NCBI RefSeq assembly: GCF_001194135.2
Contig: NC_068992.1
Coordinates: 40,628,275-40,663,297, forward strand
DNA: 35,023 nt
DNA from: Octopus bimaculoides
Taxonomy: Eukaryota
Direction: 5' to 3'
Part shown: piece after piece, positions 10,924 through 21,452 of the stretch
How positions within the stretch are numbered: position 1 is the stretch's first letter
How the letters are laid out: every line of letters begins with the position of its first letter
Program-made: the position numbers and the translations under genes
Notes under the pieces: model-generated
Databases searched by the model: none
What the model saw: only the letters and a program-made list of their open reading frames with translations
Told to the model about the DNA's origin: nothing

Positions 10924-11622
10924 CCCTTTAGCATTCACATTGTGTCAAATGTAATGTTTGTTTATTTACACGGTTTTCAACTAATCATAAACTTTGCTTG
11001 TGAAGACCTATTGAGGCAACTGAAATCAAAAAGTCAAAATCGCTGATGTGGCCGATGGCAGTACCGCCTGATTTGGCACTCATGCCAGTGGAACGTTAAA
11101 AGCATATCCAAGCGTGATCGTTGCCAGGGCCGCAGATTGGCTCCTGTGCTGGTGGCACGTAAAAAGCACCATTTGAGCATGATTGTTGCCAGTGCTGTTG
11201 GACTGGCTCCTCTACAGGTAGCACCTATAAAGCACCTTTTGAGTGTGGTCATTGCCAGAACCGCCTGACTGGCCCTCGTGCCGGTAACACATAAAAGCAC
11301 CCACTATACTCATGGAGTGGTTGGTGTTAGGAAGGGCATCCAACAGTAGAAACTTTGCCAGATCAGGTTGGAGCTTGGTGCATCCTTCTAGCTTGCCAGC
11401 CCTCAGTCAGACCATCCAACCCATGCCAGCATGGAAAGCGGATGTTAAACAAAGATGATAATGATGATTTATCATGTTGCAACTTTGAGATTTTGATGTG
11501 GTGATTGTATATATTTTCAAAATGACATTGTAGGGTGTGTGGAAGAGGCAGGACATGGCCAGTTTGAACATAAAATATGTAGAATATTTAGGTCAGATAT
11601 GACTGGATTAAATACTAAAGGA
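10924..11622 (+). mobile_element. P1 piggyBac-type MITE interrupted by a family A SINE
   Basis: Left end ccctttagcattc, right end aatactaaagg. Halves ctaatcataaact | ttatcatgttgcaactttgagatttt rejoin to match the intact copy at 27359-27576. Confidence 0.75.
10993..11468 (+). mobile_element. Near full-length SINE family A
   Basis: Head ttgcttgtgaagacctattgaggcaactgaaatc, about 4 internal units, tail ...atgttaaacaaagatgataatgatga. Confidence 0.88.
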
Positions 11623-12269
11623 TTGTCTCGGTGACAGCTTTAAAAGTTCTCTGTTATTTGTTTGTAGTTATAGATGAATATGCTGAGCTTCTCTTGGTGT
11701 TTGCATGTTAAGATGAGCCTGCTTTGACAGTAATTTGCAGTTTTCATCATATGTTCTTCTTTGGTACTCTGACTGCAATTGATTTTGATCAAGAATCCCT
11801 GTACTTCTCTGAAGAACAATATTTCTCAAACTGGCACCAGGCCTCACCAACTCTTGTCCAGCTCATGCCAAAATGGAAAACGGATGTTAAATGATGATGA
11901 TGATGAGAGCAATTTCATAGCATCCTGCTGGAGATAGTCGAGAGCAAAATATCGAAATGGAGGGGTATGTAGAAGAAAAACATTTTTAGTTCAAGAAAGC
12001 TGCCAGAAAACTTGCACCAAAGACACTGATGGTGCAATTGACACGAGAAATATAACTCCATCGGTGACTGTGTCTTGTCACAACACTGAAATTCTTTGGT
12101 AATTTTGATTTTGAATATGAATTGGTATATCTAGACATTCTTTAGTGTTTTGATATGATACGAGCATAAGGGTCAAGTTTATATGGGAAGGTGCCATACA
12201 GGGTGTGTGAAAATGATTGCTGTCACTAAAATCACATTTTGATTACATATATTTTTTTTTTTTTTTTAG

Positions 12270-12390
12270 CTGGAGAAGTGTTGAATGTGGCCAGTCCCTT
12301 CCTTGGTGAACAAATGCATCCAACTGTCATCATCAGTGCTTTCAGGCGTGCTCTTGATGATATTTTGGAAATAATGAAGGCTAAGATAGG
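12270..12390 (+). CDS. CCT3: CCT3 coding exon 6 (T-GEVLNVASPFLGEQMHPTVIISAFRRALDDILEIMKAKI-G)
   Basis: poly-T tract ag| acceptor, GG|gtgagc donor, 121 nt, MHPTVII motif. Confidence 0.96.
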
Positions 12391-12900
12391 GTGAGCTTGA
12401 ACAAAAGAATTCTTTCTTTTTATTAGAACATTCATTAAAAAAAAAGTACAAAGTTGTGAAATTGGATGGTTTTGAGCATTTTGTTCTGAGTTGAAATGTT
12501 GCTATCCTTTTGGGGGTCGATAAAATAAGAACTAATTAATCACTGGAGTATGTGTAATCAACTAGCTCCCTTCATCAAAATTTCTGGTCTTCTGCCCATA
12601 ATAGATAGATATGAAACATCTTGAAGATGGTTGGAACTAAAGTTTTAGCATCTATCTTACTTCTGTTGAAATAAAGTGCTTTTGTTTTATATTAATTTTG
12701 AAAATGATGAATTTAGTAAAATGCTGGAGTTTGGAACATGACATGAAATTTTGGTGGAAGGTTTTAATTTCTAGATCACTTCAAGGTAAGGAAGTTTGTG
12801 TCATAGAACGAGGGGGTAGTCACAAGTGGGTTGGTATCAAAAGCTTTTTAAACTACCTAAAACATATGGAATTGACTTTAAATGTTTTGTTTTCAACCAG

Positions 12901-12981
12901 TGTTCCAGTTGATGTGAATAATGATGCGGAACTGTTGAAAATCATTAAAAGTTGTATTGGGACCAAGTTTATGAAACAATG
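12901..12981 (+). CDS. CCT3: CCT3 coding exon 7 (VPVDVNNDAELLKIIKSCIGTKFMKQ-W)
   Basis: ttttcaaccag| acceptor, TG|gtaagt donor, 81 nt, phases 2/2. Confidence 0.95.
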
Positions 12982-13089
12982 GTAAGTGCAATGTTTCATT
13001 GTCTGTTATTCTGCCAGAACTGTTTTGTACTTTTCCAAAGACTTCTGCTAATAATGTTTTATTTTCCTTTTTTAAAAACCTCTTCAAAG

Positions 13090-13195
13090 GTCTGAGTTGG
13101 CTTGTAAAATGGCATTGACTGCTACTAAAATAGTCCTGGTTGAAGAAAAAGGAAAGAAAGAGATTGATATAAAGAATTTTGCTAAAGTTGAAAAA
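13090..13195 (+). CDS. CCT3: CCT3 coding exon 8 (SELACKMALTATKIVLVEEKGKKEIDIKNFAKVEK)
   Basis: cttcaaag| acceptor, AAA|gtaagt donor, 106 nt; EIDIK..AKVEK matches CCT3. Confidence 0.95.
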
Positions 13196-13479
13196 GTAAG
13201 TTGTACATTTCATTTCCTTCTAAAATCTAAGTTGTCATTATCATTGTTTAACATCCACTTTTGCATTATGTTTACATGGGTTGAACAAAATTCTTCATCA
13301 GGGCATGTTTTCTACAGCTGGGTGCCCATCCTGTTGCCAACCCTCATCTGTTTCCAACAAAGGCAATATTGTCCCAAGGAAGATAAGAAACAAACAACAT
13401 CACTTGTATGACAACAGTCATCACATGATGTTATCAGGACAATTGTATATGCATATGTACACACCCAGTGTGAATCGGT

Positions 13480-13790
13480 AGTTAGAGCTGCCAGTTCACA
13501 ATCATGAGATAATGAGTTCAATTCCTGTACTGTGCTGTGTGTTATGTTCTTGAGCAAGACACTTAATTTAATGTTGCTCCAGTTCACTCGGTTGTGATGT
13601 CACTGGTGCTGATCTGTATCGGCCCCTTTGCCTTTCCCTTGGATAACGTTGGTCGCATGGAGAGAAGAGGCTGCTATGCATGAGCATTGCTGCTCTTCCA
13701 CAAACAACCTTGCTTGGACTTGTGCCTTGGAGGAGATCTTTCTAAGTGCAGTCCCACAGTCATTCATAACGGAAGTGGGTTTTTACCCTT
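13480..13790 (+). mobile_element. tRNA-derived SINE (fourth family, V-domain-like core)
   Basis: gagttcaattcc B-box, ttcttgagcaagacactt core, distinct 3' body cctttgcctttcccttggataac...ttttacccttc. Confidence 0.65.
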
Positions 13791-13799
13791 CTATATATA

Positions 13800-14127
13800 T
13801 TTGATCCCCATGCCAGTGGCATATAAAAAGCTCCATCCGAATGTGGCCAATGCCAGCGCTGCCTTGTCTGGCTTCTGTGCCTGTGGCATGTAAAAAGCAC
13901 AATCTGATTGTGGTTGATGCCAGCCCTCTCTGGCCCCTGTGCCGGTGGCATGTAAAAAAGCACCCACTACACACTCGGAGTGGTTGACGTTAGGAAGGGC
14001 ATCTAGCTGTAGAAACACTGCCAGATCAGACTGGAGCCTGGTGCAGCCTCCTGGCTTCCCAGACCCCTGTCAAGCTGTCCAACCCATGCCAGCATGGAAA
14101 ACGAACGTTAAATGATGATGATGATGT
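13800..14127 (+). mobile_element. SINE family A (5'-truncated)
   Basis: 3 internal units, well-conserved tail ending gttaaatgatgatgatgatg. Confidence 0.88.
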
Positions 14128-14269
14128 ATATATACTTATTTGGCAGGCTTTTAGTTTCCACCAGCCTGAGGCCATAATAGAAGATACTTGCCCAAAGTAG
14201 TTGGACTGAACCTAAGACCACATGGCTGGCCCCTCACTTCTAACATCTTAATATTCTGACATCAAAACA

Positions 14270-14500
14270 CAATGAGCTGGCTGAATCATTAGCACATTGA
14301 GCAAGATGCTTAGCAGCATTCCGTCTCTTTACATTCTGAGTTCAAAATACAATGAAGGCAGCTTTGCCTTATATCCTTTCAAGGTCGATAAAATAAGTAC
14401 CGATTGAGCATTTGTGGTCAACATAACCGACTTGGGCCCCCCTTCATCAAGGCTTTGTGTCAAAATTTGAAACCAGCGTTCTGACATTAAAATCTTTATT
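14270..14500 (+). mobile_element. tRNA-derived SINE family B
   Basis: gagctggctgaatcattagcac...ctgagttcaaaa...gtcgataaaataagtacc...aaggctttgtgtcaaaatttgaaacc. Confidence 0.75.
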
Positions 14501-14634
14501 ACTAATAAAGGCATTAACTGTGCTTAAAACAGGGCTTGTTGGTGAATTAATAAAGGTTATTGTTGAGAAGATTGCATAACTGAATCCAAACACCAAGTCT
14601 TCAGACACCAGACATATGCAGGCAGAGCTGTGTT

Positions 14635-14960
14635 GTCATCATCATTATTTAACATCCATTGTCCATGCTAGCAGGAGTTGGACGGTTTGACTGGGCTGGG
14701 ATGAAGGAAAGCTGCACCAGGCTCCAGTCTGATTTGGCATGGTTTTCTACAGCTGTTTGCCTGTCCTAACGCCAACCAATCCGAGAATGTAGTGGGTGCT
14801 TTTATGCGTCATTTGCATGACACTGGGGTGCGTTTACGTGACACCGGCATGGGTGCCAATTTTGCTATGCTTGATGGGTCTTCTTCTCAAGCACAACATA
14901 ATGCCAAACATCTTGGTCATTGCCTCCATGAGGCCCGACACTCAAAAAGAACTCAGCCAC
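14635..14960 (-). mobile_element. RTE-clade LINE 3' end (ORF C-terminus plus 3' UTR)
   Basis: Minus strand reads GLMEAMT..WHYVVLEKKT-like across frameshifts, then the family A-type tail ending in (GAT)n; parallels 27751-28075. Confidence 0.7.
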
Positions 14961-15049
14961 TTTGCCTCAAAATTCACTTTGGTATTGTGATTAGGGGGTT
15001 GGTCCCACTGTGTAGTAAAGTGTGTGTGTGTGTGTGCTTGACTGAATTT

Positions 15050-15400
15050 CTATTCCCCCTTCATCACATTTATTATAAAGAAAATCCTCATCATTTAGAC
15101 AAATAGTGTTTGATTGCAGTCTTCTGCCAAAGCATGTCCAGGTAGTTTGTTGTTCCATAGACTGGGGATTTATTACCTTACATGGAAACAGGTGAGGTTT
15201 TTTCCTCCTCTCTCTCCTTGCCTCAGTCATTAGACTGAGACCATGTTGGGGCACTGCCTTCAACTTCCAGTTGAATGAATTGACCCCAGTACTTTTTTTT
15301 TATACCTGGTACTTTGTTTTGCTGAACTGTAAAGTTACAGGGAATGTAAACACACCAACACCGGTTGTCAATTGGTGGTGGTGGGGAACAAACTGACAGA
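15050..15400 (-). mobile_element. SINE family C 3' part
   Basis: cctcagtcattagactgagaccatgttggggcactgcctt...gttttgctgaactgtaaagttacagggaatgtaaacacacc. Confidence 0.7.
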
Positions 15401-15545
15401 CACAAAGACACACATTTTAAATAAATATATATCATCATTTAGTATCTGCTTTCCATACTAGCATGGGTTAGACTGTGGACCCCTAGTGGTTTGCAAAGGT
15501 AGTACTGGGGGTCTATGAACTAAATTCAAAATTTCATATATGTAG

Positions 15546-15935
15546 GTGCAGGACTGGCTGTCGTAAGAAGTTTGTTTGCCAACCACATGGTTCCAGGTTT
15601 AGTCCCACTGCGTGGCACCTTGGACAAGTGTCTTCTTCTATAGCCTCAGGCTGACCAAAGCCTTGTGAGTGGATTTGGTAGACATACTGAAGGAAGCCCG
15701 TTGTATATATATATATATATATATGTGTGTGTTTGTGTCTGTGTTTGTCCACCCCCCACCATCACTAGACAACCGATGTGTTTACATCCCCGTAACTTGG
15801 CAGTTCAGCAAAAAGAGACCAATAGAATAAGTACTAGGCTTACAAAGAATAAGTCCTGGGGTTGATTTGCTTGGCTAAAAAAGCAGTGCTCTAGCATGGC
15901 CACAATCAAATGACTGAAACAAGTAAAAGAAAAAA
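15546..15935 (+). mobile_element. Full-length tRNA-derived SINE family C with internal (TA)n(TG)n
   Basis: ggctgtcgtaagaagtttg head, ggtttagtccc B-box-like, ggcaccttggacaagtgtcttcttctatagcc core, 3' end caaatgactgaaacaagtaaaag. Confidence 0.9.
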
Positions 15936-16019
15936 TGAATATATATATATGTATATATATATATAGGGTGAGCATATTAAAAGGGGTTCATGGGAGAATT
16001 TTAAATAAAAGGGTTGGGA

Positions 16020-16320
16020 AGCATTGGGTTAGACAGTTTGAGTGGAACTGATAAGCCAGAGAACTGTACCAGGTTGCAATCTCATTTGGCATGGTTTCTA
16101 CGGCTGGAGGCCCTTCCTAAAGCCAGTCACTCCATGAGTGTAGTGGGTGCTTTTTACGTGCCACCAGGCTCCAGTCAGTTTCTGTCTAACCAATTTTACT
16201 CACAAGGCTTTGGTCAACTCCAAGTTATAGCTGGAAACACTTGCCAATGGTGCCATGCAGTGGGACTTAATTGGAACCATGTGGTTCAGAAGCAGGTTTC
16301 TTACCACACAGCCATGTCTG
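16020..16320 (-). mobile_element. Adjacent family A tail and family C 5' fragments
   Basis: catgggttagacagtttga...ggaggcccttcctaaagccag, followed by cagtttctgtctaacc...cttgccaatggtgccatgcagtgggact. Confidence 0.75.
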
Positions 16321-16819
16321 TGCATATAGGAGAGAGTTTATATGAAGAAGGGCATCCAACCATAAAAAATTTTTTAAAAATCAGCTTCAGTGAAGTTGCA
16401 TCTGACCCATGCAAGCAACAAAAAGTAGATGTTAAAGTGGACAACAGTGATTGAGTATTATTACTTGTAACCAATAGAGTTGGTATGAAACCTGTGAAAA
16501 AAATCTTCATTAACATTTCATGTACATGTTCATTTAAAAGAGAAGTAAAGGAAAATTCTGGTCTCCTCTCATAGTTTTTGTTAACGTAAAAAAAAAAATG
16601 GATTTGTTATGATGGCATTGGTTGGACAGAATTTGTCAAAGTAGATTTTCTATGGTTGGAAACTTTCTTTTGTCATTCTGTCCTTGACTTTTACCTGTTT
16701 CCAAATAAGGTAATTTTCCCCTCATGGCTAGACGTGCTTATACAGAAGTTTAGTGACTATGGACACTGCTTCTTTGACAGTGACACTCGTTTATGACTAT
16801 CACACACTCACACATATAC

Positions 16820-16990
16820 GCATATATACATACATGGCAAGCTTTCAATATCTATCCACTAAATACACTCACCAGACTATAGTAAAAGACACTTGCCCAA
16901 AGTATTATATCCTGGCACCGAACCTGAAACCATACGGTTGACTGCACAACTACACCCTTGTGTGTGTGTATGTGTATATATATATATGTA
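16820..16990 (-). mobile_element. SINE family C fragment
   Basis: ctttcaatatctatccactaaatacactcacc...aagacacttgcccaaagt...gcaccgaacctgaaaccatacgg. Confidence 0.6.
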
Positions 16991-17178
16991 TATATATATA
17001 TACGCACACACATATGCCAACTATTACTGTTGTAATGGCATTTTCACACCATTTATAAAGGTTAGTCTAAAATTATACAGAATATCGTATTTCCTGATAT
17101 TGGTTTTGATATTTTCTCTGCAGCATTTTTTCATTTTTTCTCACTGAATAATTTATATTTCTTGAATATTTTCAATAG

Positions 17179-17261
17179 ATTCCTGGTGGTTGCATTGAAG
17201 ATTCTTGTGTATTGCAAGGAATTCTATTGAACAAAGATGTCACACATCCTAAAATGAAGAG
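17179..17261 (+). CDS. CCT3: CCT3 coding exon 9 (IPGGCIEDSCVLQGILLNKDVTHPKMK-R)
   Basis: ttcaatag| acceptor, AG|gtaatt donor, 83 nt. Confidence 0.97.
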
Positions 17262-17314
17262 GTAATTTAATCTTCTGACTGACATTGATATTTTGAAATC
17301 AAATAAAACTTATA

Positions 17315-17886
17315 CAGTAGTACCTCGGTTTTTGAACAACTCTGATTGCGAATAAATTATGCTTTATGTATATATATATAAAGACCAAAATCGCTGATGT
17401 GGCCGATGACAGTACCGCCTGATTGGCACTTGTGCCAGTGGAACGTTAAAAGCACGTCTGAGCATGATCGTTGCCAGGGCTACAGACTGGCTCCCGTGCA
17501 GGTAGCACATAAAAAATACCTTTTGAGCGTGGTCGTTGCCAGAACTATCTGACTGGCCCTTGTGCTGGTGGCATGTAAAAGCACTCACTACACTCTTGGA
17601 GTGGTTGGCGTTAGGAAGGACATCCATCTGTAGAAACTTTGCCAGATCAGATTGAGCCTGCTGCAGCCTCTGGCTCTCCAGTCCTCAGTCAAACTGTCCA
17701 ACCCATGCCAACATAGAAAGTGGATGTCAAACAACAACGATGATGATATAAAGCATGATTTATGATCAGAGGCGGTCGTAAACCAAAGTACTACTGTATT
17801 AAATGAATATGAGAAAGACAGGAAATAATGTACGATTTATTCGTGATCAGAGTTGTTCGGAAACTGAGGTTCCTCTATTTTTACTG
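17315..17886 (+). mobile_element. Tc1/mariner (Tigger/pogo-like) MITE carrying a nested SINE
   Basis: TA at 17313-14 and 17887-88; TIRs cagtagtacctcggtttttgaacaactctgattgcgaataaat / atttattcgtgatcagagttgttcggaaactgaggttcc...tactg. Confidence 0.8.
17384..17745 (+). mobile_element. SINE family A with 8-bp TSD
   Basis: TSD atataaag at 17376-17383 and 17746-17753; 3 internal units; (GAT)n tail. Confidence 0.88.
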
Positions 17887-18587
17887 TAGATTGAGGGGCA
17901 AAAAAAACTTTTTACATCCATCAAATATTTAGCTGAATTAATTTAATTCATTAACAATTTGATAATCCCAACTTCTAATAGTCTTTTATGCTAAATGTCA
18001 TTCAATCATAGCTTTTGCATTATGAACTGTCTTTAAAAAATTAGATGAAAAAAACCTTTTTCAGACCCCAGTATCATCATCATCAGCATATTTAATTAAA
18101 AAAAAGGAAGTCTTTAGCCAAACATTGTTTGTTGTTTTTGTTATATATTTGGTTAAACTATTACATAACCATTAACACACAATGTTGGTCATTGTAAAAA
18201 TGCTCATAATTCAGTATCATCATTATTAATCTGTTGTTTGGATCATAAAATCAATATTAAATTTGAAATGTTTCAATTACATCATCTTAAAATTGGATAT
18301 TTGTATCATAAAACTAGGGTTATCTTAAGTGGATTGGTATTAGAAGGTTTAAAGATTTAATTCCTTTTGTATATATTCTGAAATTTCTTTAGACATTAGT
18401 TTTAGGTTTTCTGGGGCTGTTGTATAATAGATATCTGTAAAGGGATTTTTAAACAATTCATTGTAATGACTTTGGGGCACATTTAAGATGTGCAAATGGA
18501 TCTTTTCCACCAGTGATGTATAGGGGTAGCTTATGTCATCTTATTCAATGTTAGTCACAGTCTTTTGTTCTGTATTGTTGTAATATA

Positions 18588-18965
18588 GGAGTAAAGATTG
18601 TTTGCCAACATAACATGGCAGTCCTGGTTTAGGACGAATGTTTAGCCCCAGGAGCCATTGTCTCCAGCTGGCTATACGACACAATCTGTGTCCTTATATT
18701 TTCGAGCAAGGGAATCTAGCACCCCCACTCAGCTCAAAACAATATCTGTGTATCGCGATTTCTGGGTTATTTCCCTTCATCATCACCGAATAATTGTTTG
18801 AAAATATATGGACACATATCGTGGCGTATAGCCAGCTGGAGACTGTTTTCTGGGGCTAAATTACAGCAACATCCGTCCTAAACCAGGACTGCCATGTTAT
18901 GTTGGCAAATAATCTTTACTCCAAAGTACTGTTGCTGAATATCTCTCGTTGTGAGATTTACAAAT
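18588..18965 (+). mobile_element. Foldback family D, best copy: about 125-bp inverted arms, about 85-bp spacer, 43-bp unpaired 3' tail with hairpin
   Basis: Arms 18588-18709 and 18794-18922 (ggagtaaagatt...ggtttaggacg / cgtcctaaacc...aatctttactcc); tail aaagtactgttgctgaatatctctcgttgtgagatttacaaat with an ATCTC/GAGAT stem. Confidence 0.9.
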
Positions 18966-19089
18966 GTTGTGATATCGTTTCTTTTTATTCCTCCTTATTA
19001 ATTACATTGTTATATCCTGTTTTTAAAGAATCTAGTAATATGTTGAATTAATTTCTTTAATTAAAGAACCTTTTTTCTTTGTTTGACAG

Positions 19090-19156
19090 AAAAATAGAAA
19101 ACCCTCGCATTCTGTTACTTGACTGTTCGTTAGAATACAAGAAGGGAGAAAGCCAG
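19090..19156 (+). CDS. CCT3: CCT3 coding exon 10 (KIENPRILLLDCSLEYKKGESQ)
   Basis: tttgacag| acceptor, CAG|gtaatt donor, 67 nt. Confidence 0.97.
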
Positions 19157-19332
19157 GTAATTATATTTACTAATTAGAGATTAAAGAAATTAGTATCAAA
19201 TTAGTTGTATCTTGTTATGTAATATGTAAAAAGAAATCAACCTGAAACAGAAAACATTCTTGTGATTGAATTATTATGGATCAAAGGGTTTTTATTCTGA
19301 AATAACATTGTTTTCATTATTTTCATTACCAG

Positions 19333-19367
19333 ACCAACATTGAAATCACTGCCGAAGACGATTTTGC
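19333..19367 (+). CDS. CCT3: CCT3 coding exon 11 (TNIEITAEDDF-A, 35 nt, phase 2 end)
   Basis: ttcattaccag| acceptor, GC|gtgagt donor; aligns to human TDIEITREEDF(T). Confidence 0.93.
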
Positions 19368-20234
19368 GTGAGTTTCTTTTCTGACACTTTAATTATTTCT
19401 CTAACACTGTTCTTTGAATATTGTCTTTCACTGGTTTAGAGCTTGTATGTTAATAGTAATTGACATTAGTTCTATTTAGCTAAGGCGTCAGCTGTATTGG
19501 ACCCAGTGGCTGAAGTCTGTTTTGAGAGGGGGAGAGAAATAGGAATGAAAATTGCTAAAGGCAGTAATGTTGTTATGTGTATCCAGAACAATGATTACAG
19601 GTAGCAACTGAGAATGGATGGGAGAGACGGAAGGAGTAAGGGTGTGATGGAGAAGGTAGGCATAGGTGGGGGTGCTATTGAGGGGAGGGAAGTAATTAAC
19701 AGTAGCAGAGTGGCCAAAGGTAAGGATGGGTCGGTGAAAGAAGCATATGATGGCAAAAGTTAGGGCTATTTCATGTGATGTTGAGACAGGAATATGTTGT
19801 GGTCTTAAGTGGGTGAGAGTTCTCGTGACATAGAACACATGCAGATATTTTCCTTTTTGCTTCGCCCCTATTGACATCCAAGTAAACTTGATATCTTGCT
19901 GCTTGATAAAATGAATTCATTATCACATATTCTCTTCCTTCCAGACCTTCTAATCCTCTCTACCATTTTATGCCATTACCATGTCACCTTTGTTTTGGCT
20001 GGTACCTTGCACCAGTCTTATATGGAATCTGTAGAATTCAGCAGGTTATCTCTTAGGAACTCCCTGTTGTCTGTTCTGTAGTGTTCTAACTCCTCTCTAC
20101 AGTCGTGTGAATGGATAAAGATTTCTCTAAACTCATAAACAACTGCTAAATCTTTTAGTTTCTATATCTTTAGTTAGTCTAGCTTTGATTCTGAAGATTC
20201 TAGCCATTAATCTGAGTTGAGTAGTGAATTTGTG

Positions 20235-20865
20235 AGTCGTGGCCAATGCCAGTGCCGCCTGACTGGCACCTGTGCTCGTGGTATGTAAAAAAACTGCCAT
20301 TTGAGTGTGGCCAGTGCCGGTGACACTTAAAAAGGCACCATTCAAGCGTGGTCGATACCAACGCCACCTGACTAGCTCCCATGCCAGTGGTGCCGTTTGA
20401 GTGTGGTCGATGCCAGTGCCACATGACTGACTCCTTTGCTGGTGGCACGTAAAATGTGCCATCTGAACATGGTCGATGCCAGTGTCACTTGACTGGCACC
20501 TGTGCTGGCAGCACATAAGAAGTACTATTGAAGCATGTCTGATGCCAGTGCTGGTGACACATAAAACACCATTCAAGCATGGTCGATGTCAGTGCCACCT
20601 GACTGGCTCCTGTACCAGTGACATGTGAAAAGTACCATTCAGACATGGTCGATGCCAATGCTGCCTGACTGGCCCCTGTGTTGGTGGCACGTAAAAACAC
20701 CCATTACCCTCTCAGAGTGGTTGGCATTCGGAAGGGCATCCAGCTGTAGAAACCTTGCCAGATCGGATTGGAGCCTGGTGCAGCCTCTCGGCTTGCCAGT
20801 CCATAGTCAAACCGTCCAACCCATGCCAGCATGGAAAGTGGACGTTAAACGATGATGATAATAAT
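20235..20865 (+). mobile_element. SINE family A with about 8 internal tandem units (about 66 bp)
   Basis: Unit anchors (g/a)tgg(t/c)c.atgccag at about 20239, 20306, 20348, 20403, 20469, 20535, 20579 and 20645, then the conserved tail ending gttaaacgatgatgataataatga. Confidence 0.9.
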
Positions 20866-20904
20866 GAACGGGTTTGGTATTTACAGTGGTATTTTTTCTT
20901 TTAG

Positions 20905-21230
20905 ATGAGAATGAAATCTAACGAAGGAGCTTGAGATTGTTAGGTGACTAGTTTCTTGAAGGTTATGTTGCAGATTGTCAGATTGGTTGCATCACAGAAC
21001 TCCAGGAACACCCCCCCCTCATTTCTCACACCATATCCATAGCTTCTATGGACATCATGGAAACGATCCTGGTTTTGATCAACATTAAAGTCACCAGCAA
21101 TTTATGATGAAATTGCTGTCAACCATTATAGAGGTTGTCCAGAAATCTCATACAAGCGGTCTTTTTGTTCGTCTGCTAATCCTGATTGTGTGGTGTATGC
21201 AGAAATAACTGTTGCTGATGAATTATCTAA
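20905..21230 (-). mobile_element. RTE-clade LINE AP-endonuclease domain relic
   Basis: Minus strand across frameshifts and stops: VISAYTTQSGLADEQKDRLYE / IAGDFNVD...HDVHRSYGYGVRNEGG / FLEFCDATNLTICNITFKKLVT*QSQAPSLDFIL. These are the canonical APE motifs (SAYAPQ, GDFN, RN.EG, ICNT.F.K, IDFIL). Confidence 0.88.
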
Positions 21231-21452
21231 TTAAACTTAGCTTAATTATCATGTCATACATCCTAACTACCTTAATTACTTTATCCATTTCTCAGCTAGC
21301 AGTATATGTGTACCTTGCCTACCATTGCTTTTATCCCAGAAGGATTGGTATAATTGTTTATTTCTTGTGAGGAGTTTAGTTTGAAGGGCCTTTCCTTCCT
21401 CCCTCTTGCATATTTTAACTTTCTGGAAATGCTGAATGTATAATCAAGACAA

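Noticed and set aside
18615-18640. Hammerhead-like stem II plus GAA (gtcctggtttaggacgaa) in family D
   Set aside because: The required upstream CUGANGA is absent in all three copies (acatggca instead).
19488-19877. 129-aa minus-strand ORF
   Set aside because: Compositionally biased (purine-rich plus strand), no recognisable motif, no splice support; probably a decayed repeat.
20239-20700. CRISPR-like repeat array appearance of the 66-bp units (also the 18-bp repeat at 9001)
   Set aside because: Units are contiguous and degenerate with no unique spacers, lie inside a SINE in a eukaryotic intron, and no cas genes are present.
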